From Gemmatimonadales bacterium (GTDB lineage: Bacteria; Gemmatimonadota; Gemmatimonadetes; Gemmatimonadales; GWC2-71-9), in NCBI GenBank assembly GCA_036556505.1, contig DATBJH010000077.1, positions 6,862-70,861 of the forward strand: 64,000 nt of DNA, read 5' to 3'. Position numbers and translations under genes: made by a program. The notes under the pieces were generated by a model. It had not been told where the DNA came from and searched no databases. It saw nothing but the letters and a program-made list of their open reading frames with translations. Positions 36,316 to 46,922 of the stretch are shown piece by piece (the first letter of the stretch is position 1; every line of letters begins with the position of its first letter).

Positions 36316-38979
36316 ATGGATTCACGTCAGCAGGATATCGCCCAGGGCCTGAGCGGCCGCTACGTCATCGAGCGCGAGCTCGGGCGCGGCGGCATGGCGA
36401 GCGTCTGGCTGGCACGGGACGTCCGTTACGACCGGATGGTCGCGCTCAAGGTGCTCCACCCGGACCTGGCAGCGACACTGGGCCCCCAGCGCTTCCTGCG
36501 CGAAATCATGCTGGCCGCCCGCCTCCAGCACCCTCATATCGTGCCGGTCTACGATTCCGGCGAGATCCCTTCCTCCCGCGCGACGGTACCGCCCATCCTG
36601 TGGTTCACGATGCCGTGGATCGAAGGCGAGTCGTTGCGCGAGCGGCTGGGACGTGAGGGACGACTTTCTCCGCCCGAGGCGGTCAGGATCGCCCGCGAGG
36701 TCGCCCGCGGCCTCCAGTACGCCCACGACCACGGCGTGATCCACCGCGACGTGAAGCCGGAGAACATCCTGCTCACCAGGGACGGGAGCACGATGGTCGC
36801 GGACTTCGGCATTGCCCGACCTGCCGGGACCGCGGGCACGGAGCATCTGACAGGGACCGGCGTCGTGATCGGCACTCCGATCTACATGAGCCCGGAGCAG
36901 GCGGTGGGAGGTGAGCTGGATCCCCGCGCGGATGTGTACTCACTCGGTTGCGTCCTGTACGAGATGCTCACCGGCGGGCCGCCGTTCGGCGGAGCGACGG
37001 TGCAGGAGGTCGTCGCTCGCCACCTGACCGAGCCGCCGCCGCTCTCCGGCACACGGGTCGCCGAAATTCCCGGCGTCCTCAAGGCCGCCCTGGGCCGGGC
37101 GCTGTCCAAGTCCCGCGACGATCGTCCGGCGACAGCCGCACAGTTCGCCGAGTCGCTCGGCAGTCAGGACGGAAGCGTGGCGATGTCGAGCCGCCGACGC
37201 GCGGCCGCGGTGGCCGCGGTCGCGGGCGCGGCCGGGCTGGCGGCCTTCGTGGCGCTCCGCGGACCGTCCGACGACGCGGGCGCGCCGACGGGTTCGTCCT
37301 CCCAAGGCACCGTGGCGTCGGGATTCGCGCGCCGCCTGACCCAGCTCACCTCGCGGGAAGGCCTGGAGGAGTGGCCGACCTGGTCCTCCGACGGGCAGCA
37401 GCTCGCTTACGTGGCCGAGGTGAACGGCTACCGCCAGCTGTTCGTGCGACCAGTCGCCGGCGGCGCGGAGCGGCAGCTTACCGACGACCCGCGGGACCAC
37501 ATCCAGCCGGCGTGGTCACCCGACGGTGCGCGCATCGCGTTCGTGCGCGGCGCTACCGCCACCGGCAAGCTCGAGCCCGACGAAGTGGACGGGTACTACT
37601 TCGAGGGAGCCGAACTGTGGAGCATTGAGCTCGGCTCGGGGGAGGCCTCCAAGCTGCTGGAGGACGGATTCAACCCCTCGTACTCGCCGGACGGGCAGCG
37701 TCTCGCCTTCGACGCCGAGCTCGCAGGAGCGCAGCGGGTCTGGGTCGCGGACACTCGCGGGCGCAACCCCCGTCAGGTGACCTCCGATTCCAGCGAGGCC
37801 GTGGTGCACACCGAGCCCCACTGGTCGCCCGACGGCTCGAGGCTGGTCTTCCGGCGTATCGAGAAGCTGAAGTCCGACATCGCCATCGTGAACCCGACGA
37901 CGCAGGCGGTCACCCGGGTGACGGACGATTACGTGGTGGACGTGTATCCGACATGGATGCCCGACGGTCGCGCGATCGTCTTCTCGTCCAGTCGCGGTGG
38001 CGGCGTCAATCTCTGGCGGGCGCGGCTCGACCAGGACGGCTCACCGAAGGGCCTGGAGCAGCTCACCACCGGAGCGGGTGACGACGTGCAGGCCTCGGTG
38101 CATCCCGATGGGCGCGAGCTCGTGTTCGCCGTCCGAGGCATCAACTCCGACCTCTGGCAGCTGCCGGTCTCGCCCGAGACGGGCCGACCGGCGGGAAACC
38201 CGACGCCCGTGCTCGGCACGACCCGGGTCGAGAGCCGCGGCACCTGGTCGCCGGACGGCCGGCAGCTCGCGTTCAATTCGGATCGTGCCGGCGAGATGAA
38301 CATCTGGGTGCTGGACTCGGCCCGACACGAGCGTCGGGTGACAGTCGGTCCCGGAGGCGATTACCAGCCCGACTGGTCGCCGGACGGCCAGGCTCTGGTG
38401 TTCTTCTCCGCCCGCGGCGGCAATACCGACATTTGGCGGGTACGACTCTCGGACACGTCGCTCACCCGCCTCACCCAGGATCCGGCGCTGGACATCAACC
38501 CGGCGAATTCACCGGACGGACAGCGGATCGCCTTCGTCTCCGACCGGAGTGGACGGTTCGAGGTCTGGGTGATGCAGGCCGACGGCACCGCACAGCAGCA
38601 GGTAGCCTCGGTGGGCTGCTGGGGTCACTTCGTGGCCTGGACCACGGACAGCAGGGCAATCGTCTTTCGAGGCGAGCGGGACCGACAGATGCAGATCTAT
38701 CGGGTCGACGTCGCGAGCGGCGCGCTCACGCCGCTGCCACCCGTGCGCAGCGGCGGCCACATGTCGTTCTCGCCCTCGCAGTCGGTGATCATGGACGTCA
38801 ACAGCCACAAGGTGATCTGGGCCCATCCCGTCAACGGCGGGCCGCCCTACGAGATCTACCAGTTCCCGGACCCGGATGTGCGCATCGACTACCCGCGCTG
38901 GTCGCGAGACGGGCGGCTGGTCGTGTTCGACCGTACGGCACCCCGGGGAGCGGATCTGTGGACGTTGGAGGGGTTCTAG
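36316..38979 (+). CDS. Ser/Thr protein kinase fused to TolB-like (WD40-like) beta-propeller repeats
   Basis: 887-aa ORF. The kinase domain has HRDVKPENILL, DFGIA and GTPIYMSPE. A TM segment follows, then about 10 repeats containing the WSPDG motif. Confidence 0.9.
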   Translation: MDSRQQDIAQGLSGRYVIERELGRGGMASVWLARDVRYDRMVALKVLHPDLAATLGPQRFLREIMLAARLQHPHIVPVYDSGEIPSSRATVPPILWFTMPWIEGESLRERLGREGRLSPPEAVRIAREVARGLQYAHDHGVIHRDVKPENILLTRDGSTMVADFGIARPAGTAGTEHLTGTGVVIGTPIYMSPEQAVGGELDPRADVYSLGCVLYEMLTGGPPFGGATVQEVVARHLTEPPPLSGTRVAEIPGVLKAALGRALSKSRDDRPATAAQFAESLGSQDGSVAMSSRRRAAAVAAVAGAAGLAAFVALRGPSDDAGAPTGSSSQGTVASGFARRLTQLTSREGLEEWPTWSSDGQQLAYVAEVNGYRQLFVRPVAGGAERQLTDDPRDHIQPAWSPDGARIAFVRGATATGKLEPDEVDGYYFEGAELWSIELGSGEASKLLEDGFNPSYSPDGQRLAFDAELAGAQRVWVADTRGRNPRQVTSDSSEAVVHTEPHWSPDGSRLVFRRIEKLKSDIAIVNPTTQAVTRVTDDYVVDVYPTWMPDGRAIVFSSSRGGGVNLWRARLDQDGSPKGLEQLTTGAGDDVQASVHPDGRELVFAVRGINSDLWQLPVSPETGRPAGNPTPVLGTTRVESRGTWSPDGRQLAFNSDRAGEMNIWVLDSARHERRVTVGPGGDYQPDWSPDGQALVFFSARGGNTDIWRVRLSDTSLTRLTQDPALDINPANSPDGQRIAFVSDRSGRFEVWVMQADGTAQQQVASVGCWGHFVAWTTDSRAIVFRGERDRQMQIYRVDVASGALTPLPPVRSGGHMSFSPSQSVIMDVNSHKVIWAHPVNGGPPYEIYQFPDPDVRIDYPRWSRDGRLVVFDRTAPRGADLWTLEGF

Positions 38980-39147
38980 GCGGTCGGGCGGTCGGGCGGT
39001 CGAAGCTGCCTGTCATTCACGAGGAGCGCAAGCGACGAGTGATCTTCTGCCCAATGTCGAATCATCCGCGAGGGAGATCCCTCGCCTCGCTCGGGATGAC
39101 AGAAGGCGCTCGGTCCGGCTGACCGCCCGACCGCCCGACCGCCCGCC
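38979..39147. repeat. Composite nested inverted repeat: 3 x GGCGGTCG, then REP-like palindrome copy 3 (39011-39101), then CTGACCGC CCGACCGC CCGACCGC CCGCC
   Basis: Read directly. It begins at the last base of the kinase TAG and ends one base before the FtsH-type gene's stop (39148-50). Confidence 0.9.
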
Positions 39148-41037
39148 TCACAACGACCGCAGCGAGCCCGGCCGGCGGGAGCCGCGGAGGCGGTCGTCGG
39201 CCACCCGGCGGCGAAGCGGATCGTCGGTCGTGACGCCGTGCCCGTGGAGAATGGCGATGGCCTCCGCGCCTTCCAGGGTCTCCCGCTCGAGCAGCGCATC
39301 GGCCAGGGCCTCGAGCGCGGCGCGATGGCGATCGATGGCCTCCCGCACACGCGCATACAGCGCCTCGACGATGGTGCGCACGTCGCGGTCCATCGCGGCG
39401 TGGAGCTCGCCGCTCACCGCGCCGACGCCCTCGCGGTCATCGAACGCCACCAGCCCCGTGCCCGGCCCCATGCCCAGCTTGTAGACCATCTCGCGCGCGA
39501 CCCGGGTGGTGTACTGGAGATCGGCCTTGGCGCCGCTGGTGACCGCCTCCGGGCCGAACACGATCTCCTCCGCCGCCCGGCCACCCAGGCCCTTGCAGAT
39601 CTGGCCCTCGAGAAAGCGCCGAGTGTGCAGCACCAGCTCGCCCGGAGAGAAGTGGGCCACGCCCATCGCCTGGCCGCGCGGCTGAATGGTCACCTTGTGG
39701 AGCCCCTCCTCCGCGTGGAACAGGAGTCCCGCGAGAGCATGTCCCGCCTCGTGCACCGCCACCGCCCGCCACTCGTCGTCGGAGGCGCGGAAGCCCGTCC
39801 ACTCCTTTCCCAGAAGTAGCCGGTCGCGCGCCTGCTCGACGTGCTCCCAGCTCACCACCGTCGCACGCTCGCGCGCGGCCGCGATCGCCGCCTCGTTCAC
39901 CAGGTTCGCCAGCTCGGCGCCGCTGGTCTGCGGCATCAGCCGGGCGAGCCGGGCGAGGTCAACGCTCTCGTGCAGCGGCACCCCGCGCTGCCGCACGTGG
40001 AGCCGCAGGATCGCCTCGCGCTCCGCCGCCGTCGGCAGACCTACCGCCACGGCGCGATCGAACCGGCCGGGCCGGAGCAGGGCCGGATCCAGATCCTCCT
40101 GCCGGTTGGTCGCGCCGATCACCAGCACGTGCTCGCGGGGCGAGAATCCGTCCATCTCCACCAGCAGCTGGTTGAGAGTGCGATCGTCCTCGTTGTGACT
40201 CTGGTTGCGTCCCCGCCGGCCGCCGATCGCGTCGAGCTCGTCGATGAAGATCACGCCGCCGCGCCGGCGCGCCTGGCGGAAGAGCTTCTTGATCCGAACC
40301 ACGCCAAGCCCGATGAGGAAGCCGGTGACCTCGCTGCCGCTGATCACGAAGAACGGCACCCCTGCCTCGCCGGCCACCGCGCGCGCCATCAGCGTCTTGC
40401 CGGTGCCGGGAGGGCCGAACATGAGGACGCCCTTCGGCGTCCGCGCGCCTACGGCCCGGAACGCCTCGGGCGCCCTGAGGAACTCCACCAGCTCGCGCAG
40501 CTCCGCCACCGTGCCCTCGTGACCTCCTACGTCGGCGAAGGTGGTGCGGCTCCGTCTCGCGGCGCCGATGGAGCCCATCTCCGACCCTCCACCCATCTGC
40601 CGGCGAAGGATGAAGCCGACCACGAAGAGGGCCACCGCGACCAGGAGCACTTCGCGCCAGAACTCGGCGTTGACCCCGCTCCTGCGCTCCAGCGTCGCCG
40701 GCGTGCCGGCGCGCTCGGCCCGGTCGAGCACCGGAGTGACCTCGAAGGTGGGATACTCCACCCGGAACCCGCCGCCGGCCTCGGCATCGCCGACGGGCCG
40801 GGACCAGACGCCGCGCACCTCCGACCCGGGAATGACGGTGATGGACTGCACCGCCCCCTGCTGGAGGCGCTGGAGAAAGACCGAGTAGCTGACCGTCGGC
40901 GGTGTCGGCGGCAGCGCGCGCCACCAGCGGACGGCGAGGGCGGCCGCAGCGATCGTCGCGACGATGGCGAGAGGCCAGATCCAACCGGCAGGCGTGGAGC
41001 GCCAGCGGGTGAGACGCCGGCGGAAATCCTTGATCAT
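39148..41037 (-). CDS. ftsH: ATP-dependent zinc metalloprotease, FtsH family
   Basis: 629-aa ORF with N-terminal TM segments, Walker A (GPPGTGKT), an AAA core and the zinc motif HEAGHA. Confidence 0.9.
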   Translation of the reverse strand: MIKDFRRRLTRWRSTPAGWIWPLAIVATIAAAALAVRWWRALPPTPPTVSYSVFLQRLQQGAVQSITVIPGSEVRGVWSRPVGDAEAGGGFRVEYPTFEVTPVLDRAERAGTPATLERRSGVNAEFWREVLLVAVALFVVGFILRRQMGGGSEMGSIGAARRSRTTFADVGGHEGTVAELRELVEFLRAPEAFRAVGARTPKGVLMFGPPGTGKTLMARAVAGEAGVPFFVISGSEVTGFLIGLGVVRIKKLFRQARRRGGVIFIDELDAIGGRRGRNQSHNEDDRTLNQLLVEMDGFSPREHVLVIGATNRQEDLDPALLRPGRFDRAVAVGLPTAAEREAILRLHVRQRGVPLHESVDLARLARLMPQTSGAELANLVNEAAIAAARERATVVSWEHVEQARDRLLLGKEWTGFRASDDEWRAVAVHEAGHALAGLLFHAEEGLHKVTIQPRGQAMGVAHFSPGELVLHTRRFLEGQICKGLGGRAAEEIVFGPEAVTSGAKADLQYTTRVAREMVYKLGMGPGTGLVAFDDREGVGAVSGELHAAMDRDVRTIVEALYARVREAIDRHRAALEALADALLERETLEGAEAIAILHGHGVTTDDPLRRRVADDRLRGSRRPGSLRSL

Positions 41038-41048
41038 GCGGGGTCCTG

Positions 41049-43529
41049 TTAGTCGCGCGCCGACGACGGCTTCCCTGTCGGCCGCATTGGAGTCAAGCTA
41101 GCCGCGTCCAGGCGCTCGCGCACGCTCCGGACGATCGTGTCGGGGCCGAAGGGTTTCTGGACGAAGGCCGTGCCCGGCTCCAGCAGTCCTCGCCGGAGGA
41201 TCTCCCCGTCGGTGTAGCCTGACGTGAAGAGAACGGGAAGATCCGGTCGCAGCCGCCCCAGCTCATCGGCCAGCGCGCGGCCACCCATGCCCGGCATGAC
41301 CACGTCGGTGATGACCAGCTGCACCGCCGCGCCGTCGCGGCCCAACAGCTCCAGGGCCGACGTGCCGTCAGCCGCCTCGAGCACGCGGTAGCCGGCGTCC
41401 ACCAGAATCCGGCGGGTCATCCAACGCACGCCCTCATCGTCCTCGACCACGAGGACCAGCTCGCCCCGGCCCGGGACCGCCGCCGGCCGAGGAGCCAGTC
41501 CCGGGCCCGGGGCCGCCTGGTCGACCGCGGGCAGATAGAGCTTGAAGGTGGTGCCCTGCCCCGGCTCGCTGTAGGCCCAGACGTAGCCGTCGGATTGCTT
41601 CACGATGCCGTAGACCGTCGAGAGGCCGAGCCCGGTGCCGTGCCCGACGCCCTTGGTGGTGAAGAAGGGCTCGAACGCATGGCTGAGCGTCTTGGCGTCC
41701 ATGCCGTGGCCGGTGTCGCTTACGGCGAGGACGACGTACCTGCCCGGCCGGATGCTGACGCCGGGCCGGCGCGCGAGGTACTCACCCGAGAGCACGGCGG
41801 GAATGACCTCGACGATCAGCGTGCCGCCGCGCGGCATCGCGTCCCGCGCGTTGAGCGCCAGATTGAGCAGCGCCTGCTCCAGCTGCCCGGGGTCGGCCCG
41901 GACCGGCGCGACGCCCTCCCGCGCCCGGACGATGATGGCGCAGTCTTCACCCATCACCCTCCGCAGCACGGTCTCCCAGCGCGTGACCAGAGCGTTGAGA
42001 TCCAGGACCACCGGCTGGAGGACCTGCCGACGGCTGAAGGCGAGCAATTGCGCCGTGATCGAGGAGGTCCGCTCCGCCGCTTTCCGGATGTGCTCGACGT
42101 CCACCCGGACCGCATCCGGGACATCCGGGCGCCGGAGAACGAAGTCGGCCGCGCCGATCACGACGCTCATCTGGTTGTTGGTTTCGTGCGCGACTCCGCC
42201 GGCCAGACGACCCACCGATTCCATCCGATGGGACTGGCGCAGTCGTTCCTCCGCGCCGCGCCGGTCGGTCACGTCCATGCAGACCCCGGTGAGGAATCGC
42301 GGGCGACCCTCCTGGTCCCGCTCCACCCGCCCCTGATCCGCGATCCAGCGCACTCGACCGTCGGGCAGGACGATGCGGAACTCGTAGTCAAGCGCGCCGC
42401 CCTCCCGGATGGCGCGCGCCACCGACTCCGAGACGAATTGCCGGTCGTCCGGGAATACCCGGCCGAGAAACTCCTCGTAGCCGCCCACCGGCTGGTCCGG
42501 CGCCAGTCCGTACAGCGCCCTGAGATTGTCGTCCCACACCAGCACGTTGGTCTCCACCGACCAATACCAGATCCCCATCCGCGCGGCGTCGAGGGCGAGG
42601 CGCAGGCGCTCCTCGCTGCGCTGGAGCGCGTGGGTCGCCCGGTCTCGCTCGTTCCACACCGCGGATGCGACCAGCAGTCCCGTCACTGCGAGCACGAGCA
42701 GATAGCCGGCCATGGCGAACAGCGTCCCGCCGTACGACTGGACGAGGAAAGGGCCTCCTCCCCGCACCGTGTGCCACACCGCCACGGCGGCCACGGACAG
42801 CGTGACCAGGCTCGCCCCGCGAGGACCGAATCGAACCGCGGCCCAGACGACGAACGGGAACAGCAGGTAGGTGTACTCCAGCTCTCCGAGCACGGGGACG
42901 TTGATGCTTTGAAGCAGACCGAGGTCCGCCGCCGCCGCCGTCCCGAGGACCAGTGCGACGACCTCCAGGACGCGGCGGGTATCACGGGCCAGCGGGCGCG
43001 TCGCCCAGCTCAAGCAGACCGGTGCCACGATCAGGAGGCCGAGCATGTCGCCGGCCCACCACGTCGCCAGGGCACGGAAGTCAACGGCGGAGCCGAGAGC
43101 TCCGGCCAGGTGCAGCGACGTCACGCCGACCAGGGTCGCCACCAGCGCGCCGAGAGGGGCGGCGACGAAGATGAGCATCCGGGCGTGACGAGGCGACTCG
43201 AGCTGAGGGTGGGAGCCGGTCGCCCGTCTCAGGATCAGCGCCGCGAGCAGGGCCTCCGCGGTGTTGCCGAGCGCGATGCCCGCGGCGGCGCCGAGCGGCA
43301 CCGGTGTCATCGCGTTGGCGAGGAAGGCGCCCAGCGCTACGCCCGGCCAGACCCTGGGACCGAACAGGACCAGCGCCGCGAAGGCGAGGCCCGCCGGTGG
43401 CCACACCAGGGACACGCTATGACCGATGGTGACATAGCGGAGACCGAGCCACGCCGCCGCCCAGTAAGCGGCGGCCAGGAGCGCGACCCGGGAAACGTCG
43501 CGCAGGACGGAGCGGGCGGCGGGAGACAT
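41049..43529 (-). CDS. Hybrid sensor histidine kinase/response regulator (MASE1-like membrane domain, PAS, HisKA, HATPase_c, REC)
   Basis: 826-aa ORF with about 8 N-terminal TM helices and a PAS-like region. It has an H-box (VAHETNNQMSV), a G2 box (GTGLGLSTVYG) and a C-terminal receiver (LVITDVVMPGMGG). Confidence 0.9.
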   Translation of the reverse strand: MSPAARSVLRDVSRVALLAAAYWAAAWLGLRYVTIGHSVSLVWPPAGLAFAALVLFGPRVWPGVALGAFLANAMTPVPLGAAAGIALGNTAEALLAALILRRATGSHPQLESPRHARMLIFVAAPLGALVATLVGVTSLHLAGALGSAVDFRALATWWAGDMLGLLIVAPVCLSWATRPLARDTRRVLEVVALVLGTAAAADLGLLQSINVPVLGELEYTYLLFPFVVWAAVRFGPRGASLVTLSVAAVAVWHTVRGGGPFLVQSYGGTLFAMAGYLLVLAVTGLLVASAVWNERDRATHALQRSEERLRLALDAARMGIWYWSVETNVLVWDDNLRALYGLAPDQPVGGYEEFLGRVFPDDRQFVSESVARAIREGGALDYEFRIVLPDGRVRWIADQGRVERDQEGRPRFLTGVCMDVTDRRGAEERLRQSHRMESVGRLAGGVAHETNNQMSVVIGAADFVLRRPDVPDAVRVDVEHIRKAAERTSSITAQLLAFSRRQVLQPVVLDLNALVTRWETVLRRVMGEDCAIIVRAREGVAPVRADPGQLEQALLNLALNARDAMPRGGTLIVEVIPAVLSGEYLARRPGVSIRPGRYVVLAVSDTGHGMDAKTLSHAFEPFFTTKGVGHGTGLGLSTVYGIVKQSDGYVWAYSEPGQGTTFKLYLPAVDQAAPGPGLAPRPAAVPGRGELVLVVEDDEGVRWMTRRILVDAGYRVLEAADGTSALELLGRDGAAVQLVITDVVMPGMGGRALADELGRLRPDLPVLFTSGYTDGEILRRGLLEPGTAFVQKPFGPDTIVRSVRERLDAASLTPMRPTGKPSSARD

Positions 43530-43634
43530 GCGCCTGGCGCACTCCTTTGTGCTGGTGTGGGTACCCCTGAATCTACCCCGCGGCGCCCTGGCCGGGGCAG
43601 CCGCGGCACGGTCCGCGCATGATGGTCCGCCTGG

Positions 43635-44147
43635 TCAGGCGACCCGGTCGAGCAGCCTGAGCGTGCCGTCGGTGACCGTGCCGAAGGTCAGGTGCCCGAC
43701 CAGCCCGCGGGCGTGGGCCTGCCAGGGGAACCTGGTCGGGCCCGGAGTGAGCCCCAGCGCCGGGACCATCCCCTCATCCAGGAAGGCCCAGAACGCGGTG
43801 CCGAACGCCGTGCCTGCGGCACCGCCGAGCACCTGGACCCGGCGCCGGAGGACGGCGTATGCGGCGCCGGCGCCGATGCCGAGGGCCCAGTGGATGGCGG
43901 AGCCGAGCGTCTCGCGTTGATGCAGAGCCAGCGTCGTACCCGCCGCGGCCGCGGCTTTTTCGGCGGCGGTCTCGTAGGCCGAGCGGCCTTGCCGCGCCTC
44001 GTCCTCGCGGCGGCGGACAGCACGGTCCTCGTGCTCGTACAGGTAGCTGGTCACCTTCCCCATCACGTAGGTGGCGACCGCGCCGGCAACGGCGCCCTTG
44101 AACAGGTCCCGGCTCACGGTGTGGCGGGTTCGAACGTGTGTGGCCAT
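43635..44147 (-). CDS. DUF1440-like inner-membrane protein (hypothetical)
   Basis: ATG at 44147, preceded by AGGAGG. The 170-aa product has Gly/Ala-rich TM helices. The family assignment is from memory only. Confidence 0.6.
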   Translation of the reverse strand: MATHVRTRHTVSRDLFKGAVAGAVATYVMGKVTSYLYEHEDRAVRRREDEARQGRSAYETAAEKAAAAAGTTLALHQRETLGSAIHWALGIGAGAAYAVLRRRVQVLGGAAGTAFGTAFWAFLDEGMVPALGLTPGPTRFPWQAHARGLVGHLTFGTVTDGTLRLLDRVA

Positions 44148-44211
44148 GCTGCCTCCTGTGTGGCTCCAACCTGAGCGTGCCGTGGCGACGACGCTGTGAT
44201 GTGGGCCCGCC

Positions 44212-45240
<1,029 letters not shown>

Positions 45241-45243
45241 GGC

Positions 45244-46062
45244 TCAGCCCTTCACCGCACCGGCGGTGAGACCCTGCACGATCCGGCGCTGGAAGGCGAG
45301 CACCAGCACGGCCACCGGCGCCGTCGCCACGATCGCGGCCGCCAGCACCTGCCCCCAGGGGACCTGGTACTGACCACGAAACAGGGCGATCGCTACCGGC
45401 ACCGTCTGCCGCTCGGGCCCGAGGGTGAACGAGAGCGCGAAGAGAAACTCGTTCCAGCTGTACACGAACGTGAGGATGGCCGTGGCGGCGAGTCCCGGCA
45501 AGGCCAGCGGCACGATGACCTCGCGGAAAGCCCGGAAGCGGCTCGCGCCATCCACCATCGCCGCCTCCTCCAGCTCGGCCGGGAGCTGACGGAAGTAGCC
45601 CACCAGCAGCCAGACGGTGAGGGGCATGGCGAAGGTCAGGTACGGCAGCACCAGCCCCGGGTAGGTGTTGATGAGGCGCAAGGTGCGAAGCAGGAGAAAG
45701 AGCGGAGACACCACGGCAATCTGGGGGAACATGCTGACGGCGAGGATCGCCCCCAGCAGCAGCGCCTTGCCACGGAAGCGGAGCCGCGCCAGCGCGTAGG
45801 CGCAGAGCGAGCCCAGCGTCACGCAGAAGAGCGTGGTGGCGCCGGCCACGATCAGGGAGTTCCGGATGGGCAGCCAGAACTGCCGCTCGGTGAAAAGCGC
45901 CCGGTAGTGATACAGCACCGGCGGGTCGGGCCAGAGCGGCGCGCCGCCGAAGAGCTGGGCCTCCGGTGTCAGCGAGCCCGCCACCGCACGATAGAATGGA
46001 AACGCGACCGCGAGGACCAGCGCCGCGATCACCAGCGTGGCCCAGCGGCCCTGCCCTCTCAC
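45244..46062 (-). CDS. Carbohydrate ABC transporter permease (second permease)
   Basis: The GTG at 46062 overlaps the upstream TGA (GTGA). It has a MalG-like TM pattern with an EAA-loop-like EEAAMVDGASRFRAF. The ORF-track extension to 46479 is rejected. Confidence 0.88.
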   Translation of the reverse strand: MRGQGRWATLVIAALVLAVAFPFYRAVAGSLTPEAQLFGGAPLWPDPPVLYHYRALFTERQFWLPIRNSLIVAGATTLFCVTLGSLCAYALARLRFRGKALLLGAILAVSMFPQIAVVSPLFLLLRTLRLINTYPGLVLPYLTFAMPLTVWLLVGYFRQLPAELEEAAMVDGASRFRAFREVIVPLALPGLAATAILTFVYSWNEFLFALSFTLGPERQTVPVAIALFRGQYQVPWGQVLAAAIVATAPVAVLVLAFQRRIVQGLTAGAVKG

Positions 46063-46922
46063 GCCCGGGTCTCCGTGAGCCCCCGGCCGAGCAGCCGGAT
46101 ATAGCCCAGCGCCAGCGCGAAGGTCACCAGGAACACCAGCACCGAGAGCGTCGAGCCGTAGCCGAAGCGGAGGTTCTGCATGAGCGAGTTGAAGGTGTAG
46201 AGCGAGATCGGCTCCGTCGCGGTTCCCGGCCCTCCGCCGGTGAGGACGTAGATCAGGTCGAACACCCGGAACGCGTTCATGGTCCGGAAGATCAGCGCCA
46301 CCATGATGGCGGGGGCGAGGAGCGGCAGCGTCACGTGGCGGAACTGACGCCAGGGCGACGCTCCGTCGATGCGGGCCGCCTCGTAGAGGGAGGGATCGAT
46401 CCCCTGGAGCCCGGCGAGGAGGAGCAGCGCGACAAACGGCGTCTCCTTCCAGGCGTCGGAGAGAATGATCGGCACCCACGCCTTGAGATCACTGGCCAGC
46501 CACCCCTCGAGGCCTTCGAACATGAACCGCCAGACCAGCGCGGCTACGACCGTGGGAATGGCCCAGGGGATGAGGATGGAGAGCCGCACGAGGGTCCGGC
46601 CGCGGAAGGTGCGGTTCATGGCCAGCGCCAGGGCACAGCCCACCACCAGCTCCAGGCTCACGCTCACCGCGGCGAACCACGCCGTGTGCGCCATGGAGCC
46701 CCAGAACCGGCGGTCCCGAAGGACCTCGAGGTAGTTGTCGAGGCCCACGAACGGGCGGCCCAGCCAGGGCATCCGGAGGTCATGCAGATGGAGTGACTCC
46801 CAGATGGTCCAGCTCAAAGGGAACAGAGCGACGATGATGATGGTGAGCACCGCCGGCGCCGTCATCCACCATGCCAGCCGCGCCTCCCGACGCTCGGCGC
46901 CTCGCGGCTCAGCGGACGGCAA
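46059..46922 (-). CDS. Carbohydrate ABC transporter permease (first permease)
   Basis: 287-aa ORF with a MalF-like TM pattern and an EAA-loop-like YEAARIDGASPWRQF. Confidence 0.88.
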   Translation of the reverse strand: MPSAEPRGAERREARLAWWMTAPAVLTIIIVALFPLSWTIWESLHLHDLRMPWLGRPFVGLDNYLEVLRDRRFWGSMAHTAWFAAVSVSLELVVGCALALAMNRTFRGRTLVRLSILIPWAIPTVVAALVWRFMFEGLEGWLASDLKAWVPIILSDAWKETPFVALLLLAGLQGIDPSLYEAARIDGASPWRQFRHVTLPLLAPAIMVALIFRTMNAFRVFDLIYVLTGGGPGTATEPISLYTFNSLMQNLRFGYGSTLSVLVFLVTFALALGYIRLLGRGLTETRA

